DNA of 32,000 nt from Alkalilimnicola ehrlichii MLHE-1 (GCF_000014785.1 NC_008340.1:1650001-1682000); one strand, 5' to 3'; counted from the stretch's first letter, positions 1 through 10,248 are shown. Numbers and translations are program-made. The notes: a model not told the origin generated them from the letters alone.

Positions 1-1
1 C

Positions 2-664
2 TGGGTCTTTGAGTCCGCCGGACGCCACGGCATCAAGGTGATCGCCATGGAGGTGACCCACGATGGCCACCTGGAGGAGATCCATGACGCCCTGGAGGCG
101 GCCGGCCGACCGACCGGGGTGATGCTCCAGATCGGCACCCGCAATACCCAGAACTTCGAGTTGCTCAAGCACGTGGGCCGGCAGACCGACTTTCCGGTCC
201 TGCTCAAGCGGGGCTTTGGGATCACCCTTGAGGAGTCCTTGAACGCCGCCGAATACCTGGCCAGCGAAGGCAACAGCCGGGTCATCTTCTGCCTGCGCGG
301 CATGAAGACCCATCTCGGCGACCCGCACCGCAACTTCGTTGACTTCACACACATTCCGGTAGTGAAACGCCTGACCCGGATGCCGGTCTGTATCGACCCC
401 TCCCACTCGGTGGGGTCCCGGGCCGCCTCACCCGATGGCATCATGGATATGATGCACGCCACCGCCCAAGGGGTGGTCGCCGGCGCCAACATGATCCTGC
501 TGGACGTGCACCCGGCGCCACAAAAGGCCCTGGTGGACGGGCCCCAGGCCCTGCGGCTCGAGGAACTGCCCTGGTTCCTCGAGGACGTCCGTCTGGCGCG
601 CGAGGCCTACGAACGGCGCCGTGACCTCGCGCAGCGCTTCCTGGCCGAGCAGAATAGGCAGTAA
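2..664 (+). CDS. 3-deoxy-7-phosphoheptulonate (DAHP) synthase, type I-beta family, C-terminal part (5' end lies outside the window)
   Basis: The frame is open from the window edge (WVFESAGRHGIKVIAMEV...), so the listed ORF 38..664 is only the tail of a longer CDS. The motifs LLKRGFG, FCLRGMKT, CIDPSHSVG and LLDVHPAPQKALVDGPQAL are typical of the DAHPS/KDO8PS I-beta fold. Confidence 0.75.
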   Translation, partial: WVFESAGRHGIKVIAMEVTHDGHLEEIHDALEAAGRPTGVMLQIGTRNTQNFELLKHVGRQTDFPVLLKRGFGITLEESLNAAEYLASEGNSRVIFCLRGMKTHLGDPHRNFVDFTHIPVVKRLTRMPVCIDPSHSVGSRAASPDGIMDMMHATAQGVVAGANMILLDVHPAPQKALVDGPQALRLEELPWFLEDVRLAREAYERRRDLAQRFLAEQNRQ

Positions 665-721
665 CCGCCGCCGCCGGCCCGGGCCGCCCGGCCAACGAGG
701 GCACAGGCGCTCGGGCGGCTG

Positions 722-751
722 TGTCATTCCGCCATTTTTCCGGTTAGAATG
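722..751 (+). promoter_or_regulatory. Candidate sigma70 promoter for infA (GTGTCA - 18 nt - TAGAAT)
   Basis: The -35-like GTGTCA is at 722-727 and the -10-like TAGAAT at 746-751, about 90 nt upstream of the infA ATG. This is a hexamer match only. Confidence 0.3.
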
Positions 752-838
752 CCCGACGACTTGAATTCGGCGCCCCTGGCACCCGCTGCCGGGGGCACCC
801 CGACACCGGTTTTGTCAGGCAACGCAGAGAGAGGCTGA

Positions 839-1057
839 ATGGCAAAGGAAGAGTCCATCAAGATGAACGGCACGGTCATCGAGACCCTGCCGAACACCAT
901 GTTCCGCGTTGAGCTGGAGAACGGTCACGTGGTGACCGCCCACATCTCCGGGAAGATGCGCAAGCACTACATCCGCATCCTCACCGGCGACAAGGTGACC
1001 GTGGAGTTGACGCCCTACGACCTGAGCAAGGGCCGCATCACCTACCGCGCCCGTTAA
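839..1057 (+). CDS. infA: Translation initiation factor IF-1
   Basis: The 72-aa product [70 protein letters not shown] has the canonical IF-1 length and sequence pattern. A purine-rich SD (AGAGAGG) sits just upstream. It converges on clpA as in E. coli. Confidence 0.97.
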   Translation: MAKEESIKMNGTVIETLPNTMFRVELENGHVVTAHISGKMRKHYIRILTGDKVTVELTPYDLSKGRITYRAR

Positions 1058-1061
1058 GGCC

Positions 1062-1120
1062 GGCCCCGTGCCGCGCACGGCCCGCGAACGGTGAAACGGG
1101 CAGGCGCCTGATCAGGCGCC
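1062..1120. terminator. Two GC-rich hairpins in the infA/clpA convergent gap (possible bidirectional termination, no U-tract)
   Basis: CCGTGC-cgc-GCACGG lies at 1066-1080. A perfect 18-bp palindrome GGCGCCTGATCAGGCGCC at 1103-1120 overlaps the clpA stop codon. Neither has a T-run, so the function is uncertain. Confidence 0.3.
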
Positions 1121-3382
1121 CGCCGCGTCCGCCTCCCGGACGTTGATCTTCAGCTCGCCGTCCTCCACGCTGACCTCAACCTCGCCGCCGTCAGCAAGCT
1201 CCCCGAACAGCAGCTTCTCGGCCAGCGGCTTCTTGACGTGCTGCTGGATGATCCGGGCCATGGGTCGGGCGCCCATGCTGGGATCGTAGCCCTTCTCGCC
1301 CAGCCAGCGCCGCGCCGCACCATCGACCATGAGCGTAACCCGCTTTTCGGCCAACTGCACCGAGAGCTCGCGCACGAACTTGTCGACCACCCGCTGCACG
1401 TTGTCCTCGTCCAGCGGGTTGAACTGGACCACGGCATCCAGCCGATTGCGGAACTCCGGCGTGAACTGGCGCTTGATGGCCTCCAGCCCGTCGCTGCTGT
1501 GGTCCTGCGGCATGAAGCCGATGGAGCGACGGCTCATGTCCTCAGCGCCCGCGTTGGTGGTCATAATCAGAATGACATTGCGGAAGTCCGCCTCGCGACC
1601 GTTGTTGTCGGTGAGGGTACCGTGGTCCATCACCTGTAACAGCAGGTTGAAGACGTCCGGGTGGGCCTTCTCCAGCTCGTCAAGCAGGACCACCGAGTGC
1701 GGGTGCTTGATGACCTCCTCGGTGAGCAGGCCGCCCTGGTCGTAGCCCACGTACCCCGGGGGCGCACCGATGAGCCGCGAGACCGTGTGCCGCTCCATGT
1801 ACTCCGACATATCGAAGCGGATCAGCTTCACGCCCATCAGCTCGGCCAGCCGGCGGGAGACCTCGGTCTTGCCCACACCGGTGGGGCCGGAGAAGAGGAA
1901 GCTGCCCACCGGCTTCTCCGGCTGGCCCAGCCCGGCGCGGGAGAGCTTGATGGTGGAGGCGAGGGTGTCGATGGCCTCGTCCTGGCCGAAAATCAGCCCC
2001 TTGAGGTCCTTTTCGAGATTCTCCAGCACCTGCATGTCGGTGGCCGAGACCCGCTTCGGCGGGATGCGGGCGATCTTGGCCACAATGCCCTCGATGTCCT
2101 GCACCCCCACCGTCTTGCGCCGGCGGGACTTTGGCCGCAGCCGCAGCCGGGCGCCGGCCTCGTCGATCACGTCGATGGCCTTGTCGGGCAGCCGCCGGTC
2201 GTTGATGTAGCGGGCCGACAGCTCCGCGGCGGCGTTCAGCGCCGGCTCGGTGAAGCGCACCCCGTGGTGCGCCTCGAAACGGCTCTTCAGCCCCTTGAGG
2301 ATCTGCACCGTCTCGCTGACGCTGGGTTCACCCACGTCGATCTTCTGGAACCGCCGCGCCAGGGCGCGATCCTTTTCGAAGATGCCGCGGTACTCCTGGT
2401 AGGTGGTGGAACCGATGCACTTCAACTCGCCGCTGGCGAGCATGGGCTTGATGAGGTTGGAGGCATCCATCACCCCGCCCGAGGCCGAGCCGGCCCCGAT
2501 GATGGTGTGAATCTCATCAATGAACAGCACCGCATGCTGGTCGTTGCGCAGTTGTTGCAGCAAGGCCTTGAGCCGCTTCTCGAAATCACCGCGGTATTTG
2601 GTGCCCGCCACCAGCGCGCCCAAGTCCAGCGAATAGATGGTGGCATCGGCGAGGACCTCCGGCACCTGGCTGTCCTCGATCATCTTGGCCAGGCCCTCGG
2701 CGATCGCCGTCTTGCCGACGCCGGCCTCGCCCACGTAGAGCGGATTGTTCTTGCGCCGGCGGCAGAGGACCTGGATGGTCCGCTCGACCTCGTGCTCGCG
2801 GCCGATCAGGGGGTCGATCTGGCCCTTACGCGCCTTGGCGTTGAGGTTGGTGGCGTACTGATCCAGCGGCGAGTTACCCTGAGCCGGCTCCGCCTCCTCC
2901 TCCACGTTGCCGGTTCCGCCGGCGTCCTCGCCCTCCTCCGGGTCGTTGGCGACGCTGGAGGTGCCGTGGGAGAGGTAGTTGACCACGTCGAGACGGGAGA
3001 CGTTCTGCCGATGCAGGAAGTAAACCGCCTGCGACTCCTGCTCACTGAAGATGGCCACCAGGACGTTGGCGCCGGTCACCTCGCGTTTGCCGGAGGATTG
3101 CACGTGCAGGATGGCGCGCTGCAGGACCCGCTGGAAGCCCAGCGTCGGCTGGGTCTCGCGGGTGTCATTGGCGGGCAGCAGCGGCGTGGTCTCGGCCAGG
3201 AAGCCCTCCAGATCGCGGCGAAGCTTGTCCAGCTTGACGCCGCAGCCTTTCAGCACGGCCACGGCTGCCGGATTGTCGGTGAGGGCCAGCAGCAGGTGCT
3301 CCACGGTGAGAAACTCATGCCGTTTCTCCCTGGCATCCTTGAATGCCATGTTCAGCGTGAACTCCAGCTCTTTACTCAGCAT
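1112..3382 (-). CDS. clpA: ATP-dependent Clp protease ATP-binding subunit ClpA
   Basis: The 756-aa product starts MLSKELEFTLNMAFKDAREKRHEFLTVEHLLLAL. It has two AAA+ modules with Walker A motifs GEAGVGKT and GPTGVGKT. It appears collinear with E. coli ClpA (758 aa) and lies downstream of clpS. Confidence 0.97.
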   Translation of the reverse strand: MLSKELEFTLNMAFKDAREKRHEFLTVEHLLLALTDNPAAVAVLKGCGVKLDKLRRDLEGFLAETTPLLPANDTRETQPTLGFQRVLQRAILHVQSSGKREVTGANVLVAIFSEQESQAVYFLHRQNVSRLDVVNYLSHGTSSVANDPEEGEDAGGTGNVEEEAEPAQGNSPLDQYATNLNAKARKGQIDPLIGREHEVERTIQVLCRRRKNNPLYVGEAGVGKTAIAEGLAKMIEDSQVPEVLADATIYSLDLGALVAGTKYRGDFEKRLKALLQQLRNDQHAVLFIDEIHTIIGAGSASGGVMDASNLIKPMLASGELKCIGSTTYQEYRGIFEKDRALARRFQKIDVGEPSVSETVQILKGLKSRFEAHHGVRFTEPALNAAAELSARYINDRRLPDKAIDVIDEAGARLRLRPKSRRRKTVGVQDIEGIVAKIARIPPKRVSATDMQVLENLEKDLKGLIFGQDEAIDTLASTIKLSRAGLGQPEKPVGSFLFSGPTGVGKTEVSRRLAELMGVKLIRFDMSEYMERHTVSRLIGAPPGYVGYDQGGLLTEEVIKHPHSVVLLDELEKAHPDVFNLLLQVMDHGTLTDNNGREADFRNVILIMTTNAGAEDMSRRSIGFMPQDHSSDGLEAIKRQFTPEFRNRLDAVVQFNPLDEDNVQRVVDKFVRELSVQLAEKRVTLMVDGAARRWLGEKGYDPSMGARPMARIIQQHVKKPLAEKLLFGELADGGEVEVSVEDGELKINVREADAAGA

Positions 3383-3532
3383 GCCCTGGTCCTCAGTGAT
3401 CTGACGCCCCGGTTACGTCTGATGAATCAGACCGGGTGGGGGCGGGTCGGGTTCCCGACTGGGCGGCCCCCTTTCGCTCTATAGTAGCGTAACTGGGTAC
3501 GACGGGTGGCGCTTTCAAGGCACCGCCGCCGC

Positions 3533-3853
3533 TCAGGCCTCCTTCAGGGTACACATCAGCGGGTGCTCGTGCTGGCGGGACCAGTCGTTGACCTGGTTTA
3601 CCTTGGTTTCCGCCACGTCACGACTGAAGACCCCGCAGACGCCCTCTCCCCGGGTGTGGACATGCAGCATCACCTGGGTGGCCCGGGCGCGGTCCATGTG
3701 AAAGAACTTCTGCAGGACCTCCACCACAAAATCCATCGGGGTGTAGTCGTCGTTCAGGATGATGACCTTGAACAGGGGCGGCCGCTTGACCTGGGGCGGC
3801 GCCTCCTCCACCTGTGGGCCATGCTCCTGCCAGTCTCCTGCCTTGTCCGTCAT
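3533..3853 (-). CDS. clpS: ATP-dependent Clp protease adaptor ClpS
   Basis: The 106-aa product has the ClpS core [48 protein letters not shown] and lies directly upstream of clpA. Confidence 0.95.
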   Translation of the reverse strand: MTDKAGDWQEHGPQVEEAPPQVKRPPLFKVIILNDDYTPMDFVVEVLQKFFHMDRARATQVMLHVHTRGEGVCGVFSRDVAETKVNQVNDWSRQHEHPLMCTLKEA

Positions 3854-4093
3854 GGTTGATGATGTCCTGCTCGCTTGCGGTCAACGAAGGGTTTCCCCCT
3901 ATTTTAGGCCGAAGGTGGGGCCCGGCCAATGGTGAAAAAGGGCCTGGGCCACCATGAAGCGGCCCGGCCCCCTTACTGGAACCCATTGAAACCTCGTTAA
4001 AATCTCAGAACTGCTCCGCTTCGGTGGAACCGGTCAATGCCGTGACCGAGGATGCAAATATAAGTGGGGCATTGCAGCAATTGACAATCAATA

Positions 4094-5161
4094 ATGGTCG
4101 ATAAGACCATTGGCCTTATCAATACTGGCCGAGAGGGACCGGAAACAATCGTGGCGGGCAGTGGCAGGCTCTACTATAAACACAACCGACTCAAGCAGTT
4201 GCGGGCGTTTTGTCATGCCGCCCAGGAGGGCAGCATCTCCCGGGCGGCGCAGCGACTGGAGTTGAGCCAACCCTCGGTGTCGCTCCAGATCCAGGCCCTG
4301 GAGCGGGAACTGGGCATCGCGCTGTTCGAGCGCCGGGGCCCGCGCATCCGGCTGACCCCGGATGGCGAGACCCTGTACGAACTGGCCCAGCCTTTGGTGG
4401 AGGGCGTGGACGCCTTGCCCGAGCGGTTCGCCGCCCGCCACCAGCGGCTGCAGACGGGACGGCTGGACATCGCCGCCGGCGAGTCAACCACGCTCTACAT
4501 CCTGCCCGATCTGCTCAAACAGTTCATGGCCCGCTACCCCGGGGTCCATGTCAAGCTGCACAACCTGATCGGTCGCGACATGATCTCCGCCCTGCAGCAC
4601 GACGAGGTGGACCTGGCCGTGGGCTCCACCCTGGATCTGCCCGAGGACCTGAGCTACCGCGCCATCTATACGTATGACCTGCGCCTGATCCTCCCGCTGG
4701 GGCACCCGCTGGCGGAGAAATCCGAGCTCACCCTGGCCGATCTCGCCTCCGGCGAACTGATCCTGCCTCCCCGCCACCTGACCACCTGGCGGCTGGTGAA
4801 CCTGGTCTTCCAACAGCACAACATTCCCTACCGGGTGCGCCTGGAGGTGGGTGGCTGGGAGATCATCAAGCGCTACGTGGAGTTGGGGTTTGGCATCGGC
4901 ATTGCCAGCAGTATCTGTCTCAGTGGCTCGGAACGCCTGCACGTCAGGTCCCTGCCCGAGGTCTTCCCGCAGCGCACCTACGGGGTCATGCTGCGCAGGG
5001 GCCGCTATCTTTCGCCCCAGGCCAAGCGTTTCCTGGAGGTGATGGCGCCGGATATCTTCTCCGGCGAGGCGGACCTGGACGGCGAACGCCGCAAGGATGT
5101 CGCCAGCGAATCGGTCTTCATCCCCCGGGCCAGCGAGCATGCCCCGGACAAGGAGCGCTGA
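4094..5161 (+). CDS. LysR-family transcriptional regulator (start uncertain; an in-frame GTG at 4151 is an alternative)
   Basis: The N-terminal wHTH is LKQLRAFCHAAQEGSISRAAQRLELSQPSVSLQIQALERELGIALFERRG, followed by an LTTR substrate-binding domain. The ATG at 4094 has no SD and adds about 25 residues ahead of the usual LTTR start. There is a C-terminal tail of about 30 aa beyond the typical length. Confidence 0.85.
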   Translation: MVDKTIGLINTGREGPETIVAGSGRLYYKHNRLKQLRAFCHAAQEGSISRAAQRLELSQPSVSLQIQALERELGIALFERRGPRIRLTPDGETLYELAQPLVEGVDALPERFAARHQRLQTGRLDIAAGESTTLYILPDLLKQFMARYPGVHVKLHNLIGRDMISALQHDEVDLAVGSTLDLPEDLSYRAIYTYDLRLILPLGHPLAEKSELTLADLASGELILPPRHLTTWRLVNLVFQQHNIPYRVRLEVGGWEIIKRYVELGFGIGIASSICLSGSERLHVRSLPEVFPQRTYGVMLRRGRYLSPQAKRFLEVMAPDIFSGEADLDGERRKDVASESVFIPRASEHAPDKER

Positions 5162-5631
5162 TGGTCTGGAAACCCCATGTCACGGTGGCGGCCGTGGTCG
5201 AGTGGGAGGGCCGCTTTCTGATGGTCGAGGAGCGGCCCGAGGGGGACGCCGTGGTCTACAACCAGCCCGCCGGCCATCTGGACCCCGGCGAGAGCCTGAC
5301 CCACGCGGTCATCCGCGAGACCCGGGAGGAGACTGCCTGGGGCTTTCAGCCGGAAGCGCTGGTGGGGGTCTACCTCTGGCAACCGGACCCGGCGGACACC
5401 GAGCGCAGCTTTCTGCGCATCGCCTTCACCGGGTCGCTGACCGAGCACGACCCAAATCAGGCGCTGGATCAAGAGATTATACGCACTTGCTGGAAGCGTC
5501 CTGAAGAGCTGGAGGCCCACGCGGTGGGGCTGCGCAGCCCGCTGGTCATGCGCTGCATCCGCGATTACCAGGCCGGCCATCGCTACCCGCTGGCGCTATT
5601 GGGGCATCTGCTCCCGCCCGGCTGCCCATGA
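5161..5631 (+). CDS. nudJ: NUDIX hydrolase, NudJ-like
   Basis: The Nudix box is GHLDPGESLTHAVIRETREETAW. The N-terminus (KPHVTVAAVV) and C-terminus (LRSPLV..CIRDYQAGHRYPL) resemble E. coli NudJ. It sits directly upstream of mnmA as in E. coli. An AGGAG SD lies 5 nt upstream, and the ATG overlaps the LysR stop (TGATG). Confidence 0.85.
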   Translation: MVWKPHVTVAAVVEWEGRFLMVEERPEGDAVVYNQPAGHLDPGESLTHAVIRETREETAWGFQPEALVGVYLWQPDPADTERSFLRIAFTGSLTEHDPNQALDQEIIRTCWKRPEELEAHAVGLRSPLVMRCIRDYQAGHRYPLALLGHLLPPGCP

Positions 5632-5666
5632 TAAACTACCGGGTTTTGGGCATCCTCGGTTGACCT

Positions 5667-6767
5667 ATGGGCAAAACGGACAAGGTCGTGGTGGGCCTCT
5701 CCGGCGGGGTGGATTCCGCCGTGGCGGCGATGCGCCTGCTCGAGGCAGGGCATCACGTCGAGGGCTTGTTCATGAAGAACTGGGAGGATGACGACACCCT
5801 CACCCACTGCGCCGCCGAAGAGGACCTGGCCGAAGCCCAGGCCGTGGCCGATCACCTGGGTATCCGCCTGCACCGGGCCAACTTCGCCGCCCGCTACCGG
5901 GAGCAGGTCTTCGAGGTGTGCCTGCGCGAGTACCGGGCCGGGCGCACGCCCAATCCCGACATCCTCTGCAACCAGCGGATCAAGTTCCGCGCCTTCCTGG
6001 ACCACGCCCTGAGCCTGGGGGCATCGAAGGTGGCTACCGGCCACTATGCCGGGGTTGGCGAGCAGGGGGGGCGATTCACCCTGCTCCGGGGCGAGGATCC
6101 GCACAAGGACCAGAGCTACTTTCTCTACACCCTGGGCCAGGCGCAGCTCCGCCACAGCCTGTTCCCGCTCAGTGAGCTGCCCAAGCCCGAGGTGCGCCGG
6201 CAGGCCGCTGCAGCGGGGCTGCCCAACCACGCCCGCCGGGACAGCACCGGCATCTGCTTTATCGGCGAGCGCGACTTTCGCGCGTTTCTGAGCCGCTACA
6301 TTCAGCGCAGCCCGGGGCCCATGGAGACCCCCGAGGGGCAGGTGGTGGGTGAGCATCAGGGGTTGGCCTTTTACACCCTCGGCCAACGCCGCGGTCTGGG
6401 CCTGGGCGGCCTGCCCGATCACGACGAAGGGGCCTGGTACGTCGCCGACAAAGACATGGCGCGCAACGCCTTGATCGTCGTGCAGGGCCACGCCCACCCG
6501 CGCCTGCTGTCCACCGCGCTGGTGGCGGATGAGCTCTCCTGGGTGGCGGGTGCTCCCCCCACCCTGCCCCTGCGCTGCACGGTCAAGTCACGCTATCGTC
6601 AACAGGATCAGCCCTGCGCCCTCGAGGCAGGCCCGTCGCCAACCAGCGTGGTGGTCCGCTTCGATACCCCGCAGCGGGCCGTCACCCCGGGCCAGTCGGT
6701 GGTCTTCTACCAAGGCCGGGTCTGCCTGGGCGGCGGCATCATCCAGACCCGAACCCCTGTGGAATAA
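5667..6767 (+). CDS. mnmA: tRNA-specific 2-thiouridylase MnmA
   Basis: The 366-aa product has the PP-loop motif [12 protein letters not shown], then NWEDDD, CN and ATGHYA motifs. The nudJ-mnmA-hflD order is conserved. Confidence 0.95.
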   Translation: MGKTDKVVVGLSGGVDSAVAAMRLLEAGHHVEGLFMKNWEDDDTLTHCAAEEDLAEAQAVADHLGIRLHRANFAARYREQVFEVCLREYRAGRTPNPDILCNQRIKFRAFLDHALSLGASKVATGHYAGVGEQGGRFTLLRGEDPHKDQSYFLYTLGQAQLRHSLFPLSELPKPEVRRQAAAAGLPNHARRDSTGICFIGERDFRAFLSRYIQRSPGPMETPEGQVVGEHQGLAFYTLGQRRGLGLGGLPDHDEGAWYVADKDMARNALIVVQGHAHPRLLSTALVADELSWVAGAPPTLPLRCTVKSRYRQQDQPCALEAGPSPTSVVVRFDTPQRAVTPGQSVVFYQGRVCLGGGIIQTRTPVE

Positions 6768-6781
6768 GGACCTCATCACCC

Positions 6782-7399
6782 ATGCGAGACCGTTTCGAGG
6801 AACAGGCGCTGGCGCTGGGGGCCGCGATGCAGGCCCTGGGTCTGGTGCGCGAACTCGCCACCGCCGGGCGCCTGGACGACGCCCAGGCCGAGCCGCTGAT
6901 GAGCAGCTTGGTCAAGCCCTACGAGGGCGACCTGGATCGGCTCTATGGCGGCCCCACTGCCCTGGCGCCCGGCCTGCGCCGGCTGGTCACCCAACTGACC
7001 AATCCGCAGAGTATGGAGTCCACCCGCTATCTGGCCGGTGTCATGCACCTGGAGAAAAAGCTCTCCAAGAACCGGGCCATGCTGGGGCAACTGGGCGAGG
7101 GCCTGGAGGCGGCACGCCGGCAGGCCGATTATTTCCATCCCCTGCATGAGAACGTCCTGCGCAACCTGGGCGCGCTCTATGGCGAGACCATCAGCCAGTT
7201 GGGGCCGCGCATCATGGTGCGCGGTGATCCCGGCCATCTCCAGGACGAGCGCATCGCCGCCGGCATCCGCACCATGCTGCTGGCCGCCATTCGCGCCGCC
7301 AGCCTCTGGCGGGAGTGTGGCGGCGGCAAACTGACCCTCATCCTGCGCCGCCAGCGGCTGGTACAGGCGGCCCATGCCCTTCTGGAACGCGTGGACTGA
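6782..7399 (+). CDS. hflD: High-frequency-of-lysogenization protein HflD homolog
   Basis: The 205-aa product starts RFEEQALALGAAMQALGLVRELATAGRLD, which is typical of HflD. It sits immediately downstream of mnmA as in enterobacteria. Confidence 0.85.
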   Translation: MRDRFEEQALALGAAMQALGLVRELATAGRLDDAQAEPLMSSLVKPYEGDLDRLYGGPTALAPGLRRLVTQLTNPQSMESTRYLAGVMHLEKKLSKNRAMLGQLGEGLEAARRQADYFHPLHENVLRNLGALYGETISQLGPRIMVRGDPGHLQDERIAAGIRTMLLAAIRAASLWRECGGGKLTLILRRQRLVQAAHALLERVD

Positions 7400-7430
7400 G
7401 CCGCGCCCGCGGTGAGGCGACAGCCGCCGT

Positions 7431-7493
7431 AAAAAACCCCCGATGGCCAGCCAGCCACCGGGGGTTTTTTCGGGCCCACCCCGGGGGTGGGCC
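7431..7493. terminator. Bidirectional intrinsic terminator between hflD and acnB
   Basis: A6 (7431-7436) is followed by an 11-bp stem with one mismatch, CCCCCGATGGC/GCCACCGGGGG (7437-7464, loop CAGCCA), then T6 (7465-7470). A second 8-bp GC hairpin, GGCCCACC/GGTGGGCC, lies at 7473-7493. The A-run and T-run flanks let it work on both strands. Confidence 0.8.
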
Positions 7494-7517
7494 GTCACTA
7501 CTCACCGCGCGCCCCTA

Positions 7518-10097
7518 TCAGGCGGCGGAGAGCCGCTCCGCGGCCTTGGCGGCGGCGGCACGGTACTCCTCGATGCGATCAAAGTTCATGTACCGATAGA
7601 TCTCACCGGCCATGGTGTTCAACTCACCGGCGTAATCCAGGTACTCCTCCGGGGTCGGCAGCTTGCCCTTGATGGCGGCCACCGCTGCCAGTTCCGCCGA
7701 CGCCAGGAAGACGTTCGCCCCGTCACCCAGACGGTTGGGGAAGTTCCGGGTGGAGGTGGAGACCACCGTGCTGTTGGGTGCCACCCGGGCCTGGTTCCCC
7801 ATGCACAGCGAGCACCCCGGCATCTCGGTGCGGGCGCCAGCCTTGCCGTAGATGCTGTAGTAGCCCTCCTCGGTAAGCTGCGCCTGGTCCATGCGGGTGG
7901 GCGGCGACAGCCACAGGCGAGTGGGCAGGCTGCCCTGGTACTTCTCCAGCAGCTTGCCGGCGGCCCGGAAGTGACCGATGTTGGTCATGCAGGAGCCGAT
8001 GAAGACCTCGTCGATGTCCTGGCCGGCCACGTCGGAGAGCAGGCGGGCATCGTCGGGGTCGTTCGGGGCGCAGAGGATGGGCTCCTTGATCTGATCCAGG
8101 TCGATCTCGATCACGTGGGCATACTCCGCATCCTTGTCGGCCCGCATGAGGCTCGGGTTCTCCAGCCAGTCCTCCATCGCCCGGGCGCGACGCTCCAGGG
8201 TGCGCGGATCGCCGTAGCCGTTCTCGATCATCCAGCGCAGCATGGTGATGTTGGAGCGCAGGTACTCGGCCACCGAGTCCTCGGACAGGGTGATGGTGCA
8301 GCCGGCGGCGGAGCGCTCGGCGGAGGCGTCGGAGAGCTCGAAGGCCTGCTCCACGGTCAGGTCCTCCAGGCCCTCGATCTCGAGGATGCGGCCGGAAAAG
8401 CAGTTCTTCTTGCCCTTCTTCTCCACGGTGAGCAGCCCGTCCTGGATGGCCTGGTACGGAATGGCGTGCACCAGATCGCGCAGGGTGACGCCGGGCTGGC
8501 GGGTGCCTTTGAAGCGCACCAGCACCGACTCGGGCATGTCCAGGGGCATCACGCCGGTGGCGGCGGCAAAGGCCACCAGACCGGAGCCGGCCGGGAAGGA
8601 GATGCCCATGGGGAAGCGGGTGTGGCTGTCGCCACCGGTGCCCACGGTGTCGGGCAGCAGCATGCGGTTCAGCCAGGAGTGGATGATGCCGTCACCGGGG
8701 CGCAGGGAGACGCCGCCACGGGTCATGATGAAGTCCGGCAGGGTGTGGTGGGTGTTCACGTCCACCGGCTTCGGGTAGGCGGCGGTGTGACAGAAGGACT
8801 GCATCACCAGGTCGGCCTGGAAGCCCAGGCAGGCCAGGTCCTTCAGCTCGTCCCGGGTCATCGGGCCGGTGGTGTCCTGGGAGCCCACGGTGGTCATCCT
8901 GGGCTCGCAGTAGGTGCCGGGGCGCACGCCCTCGACGCCGCAAGCCTTGCCCACCATCTTCTGCGCCAGGGTGAAGCCCTTGCCGGAGTCGGCCGGGGCC
9001 TGCGGGCGGCGGAAAATGTCGGAGGCGGCCAGGCCCAGGCTCTCGCGGGCCTTGTCGGTGAGCCCACGACCCACGATCAGCGGGATGCGGCCACCGGCGC
9101 GCACCTCGTCCAGCAGCACCGGGGAGCGCAGCTCGAAGGTAGTCAGCACCTCGTCGGTGCCGTGCCTGCAGACCTTGCCCTCGTAGGGATAGATGTCGAT
9201 GACATCGCCTGTCTCGAAGGCATCCACGTCCATCTCGATGGGCAGAGCGCCGGAGTCTTCCATGGTGTTGAAGAAGATGGGCGCGATCTTACCGCCGATG
9301 CAAACGCCGCCGGCGCGCTTGTTGGGGACGTAGGGAATGTCGTCGCCGATGTACCAGAGCACGGAGTTGGTGGCGGACTTGCGCGAGGAGCCGGTACCCA
9401 CCACGTCACCCACCAAGGCGACCGGGTGGCCCTTCTCTTTCAGCTCGTTGATCTGCTCCTCGGCGTTGGTAACGCCCTCCCGGGGCATCTTGTACATGGC
9501 CTTGGCGTGCAGGGGGATGTCCGGGCGGCTCCAGGCGTCGGGGGCCGGGGAGAGATCGTCGGTGTTGGTCTCGCCGGGTACCTTGTAGACGGTGACGGTC
9601 AACTTCTCCGGCACTTCCGGCTTGGCCAGGAACCACTCGGCATCGGCCCAGCTCTGCACCACGGCCTTGGCGTGTTCGTTGCCGGCCTTGGCCTTCTCCT
9701 CCACGTCGTGGAAGGCGTCGAACATCAGCAGGGTGTGCTTCAGCTGCTCGGCGGCGACCGGGGCCAGCTCGGCGTCGTCCAGCAGCTCCACCAGGGTGGC
9801 GATGTTGTAACCGCCCTGCATGGTGCCCAACAGCTCCACCGCGCGCTTGCGGTCGATCAGCGGGCACTCGGTCTCGCCCTTTGCCACGTCGGACAGGAAC
9901 GCGGCCTTGACGTAGGCGGCCTCGTCCACGCCGGGGGGGACACGGTAGGTGATGAGATCGAGCAGGGTCTGCTCCTCGCCGGCCGGCGGGTTTTTCAGCA
10001 GCTCGACCAGTTGCGCGGTCATCTCCGCATCCAGGGGCTTGGGCGGCACGCCCTCGGCGGCCCGCTCCTCTACATGCTTACGGTAGGCTTCAAGCAC
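7518..10097 (-). CDS. acnB: Aconitate hydratase B (bifunctional aconitase / 2-methylisocitrate dehydratase)
   Basis: The product appears collinear with E. coli AcnB from (V)[24 protein letters not shown] onward. Fe-S ligand regions [12 protein letters not shown] and [10 protein letters not shown] are present. I trimmed the 943-aa track ORF to the GTG at 10097 (859 aa, against 865 in E. coli), which has GAGGGTGA upstream. Confidence 0.95.
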   Translation of the reverse strand: MLEAYRKHVEERAAEGVPPKPLDAEMTAQLVELLKNPPAGEEQTLLDLITYRVPPGVDEAAYVKAAFLSDVAKGETECPLIDRKRAVELLGTMQGGYNIATLVELLDDAELAPVAAEQLKHTLLMFDAFHDVEEKAKAGNEHAKAVVQSWADAEWFLAKPEVPEKLTVTVYKVPGETNTDDLSPAPDAWSRPDIPLHAKAMYKMPREGVTNAEEQINELKEKGHPVALVGDVVGTGSSRKSATNSVLWYIGDDIPYVPNKRAGGVCIGGKIAPIFFNTMEDSGALPIEMDVDAFETGDVIDIYPYEGKVCRHGTDEVLTTFELRSPVLLDEVRAGGRIPLIVGRGLTDKARESLGLAASDIFRRPQAPADSGKGFTLAQKMVGKACGVEGVRPGTYCEPRMTTVGSQDTTGPMTRDELKDLACLGFQADLVMQSFCHTAAYPKPVDVNTHHTLPDFIMTRGGVSLRPGDGIIHSWLNRMLLPDTVGTGGDSHTRFPMGISFPAGSGLVAFAAATGVMPLDMPESVLVRFKGTRQPGVTLRDLVHAIPYQAIQDGLLTVEKKGKKNCFSGRILEIEGLEDLTVEQAFELSDASAERSAAGCTITLSEDSVAEYLRSNITMLRWMIENGYGDPRTLERRARAMEDWLENPSLMRADKDAEYAHVIEIDLDQIKEPILCAPNDPDDARLLSDVAGQDIDEVFIGSCMTNIGHFRAAGKLLEKYQGSLPTRLWLSPPTRMDQAQLTEEGYYSIYGKAGARTEMPGCSLCMGNQARVAPNSTVVSTSTRNFPNRLGDGANVFLASAELAAVAAIKGKLPTPEEYLDYAGELNTMAGEIYRYMNFDRIEEYRAAAAKAAERLSAA

Positions 10098-10191
10098 TAG
10101 GTTCACCCTCGCTGTTGATGTTCCGCCGGGCCGCCGGGCGACGACCCTCACGGGAACTTGTCGGGTTGTTTCATCTTTTTGAGGCGGCGCT

Positions 10192-10220
10192 ATTCTAGGG
10201 TAAGGAAGGGAAAAAGTTAA
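10192..10220 (-). promoter_or_regulatory. Candidate sigma70 promoter for acnB (TTAACT - 17 nt - TAGAAT on the minus strand)
   Basis: The reverse complement of 10215-10220 is TTAACT and of 10192-10197 is TAGAAT, with a 17-nt spacer. It sits about 95 nt upstream of the acnB GTG. This is a hexamer match only. Confidence 0.3.
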
Positions 10221-10228
10221 GCGGGCTG

Positions 10229-10248
10229 CATGGGGCAAAAGCCCCATG
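10229..10248. promoter_or_regulatory. Perfect palindrome CATGGGGC-AAAA-GCCCCATG between the acnB and acnA promoter regions (operator or hairpin)
   Basis: It has 8-bp perfect arms and a 4-nt spacer. It lies just upstream of the acnB -35 candidate and upstream of a TTGACT hexamer (10257-10262) that faces acnA. Confidence 0.3.

Noticed and set aside
665-721. Possible terminator hairpin after the DAHP synthase gene
   Set aside because: Only short, imperfect GC pairings (CCGGG-ccg-CCCGG and CACAG...CTGTG) are present, with no convincing stem plus U-tract. This is not enough to call.
1661-3484. 607-aa ORF on the plus strand
   Set aside because: It is antisense to clpA and is a shadow ORF caused by codon-position GC bias.
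7443-10100. 885-aa ORF on the plus strand
   Set aside because: It is the exact antisense of acnB, whose product matches E. coli AcnB along its whole length. The plus-strand product is Gly/Ala/Val/Leu/His-rich and has no domain signatures.
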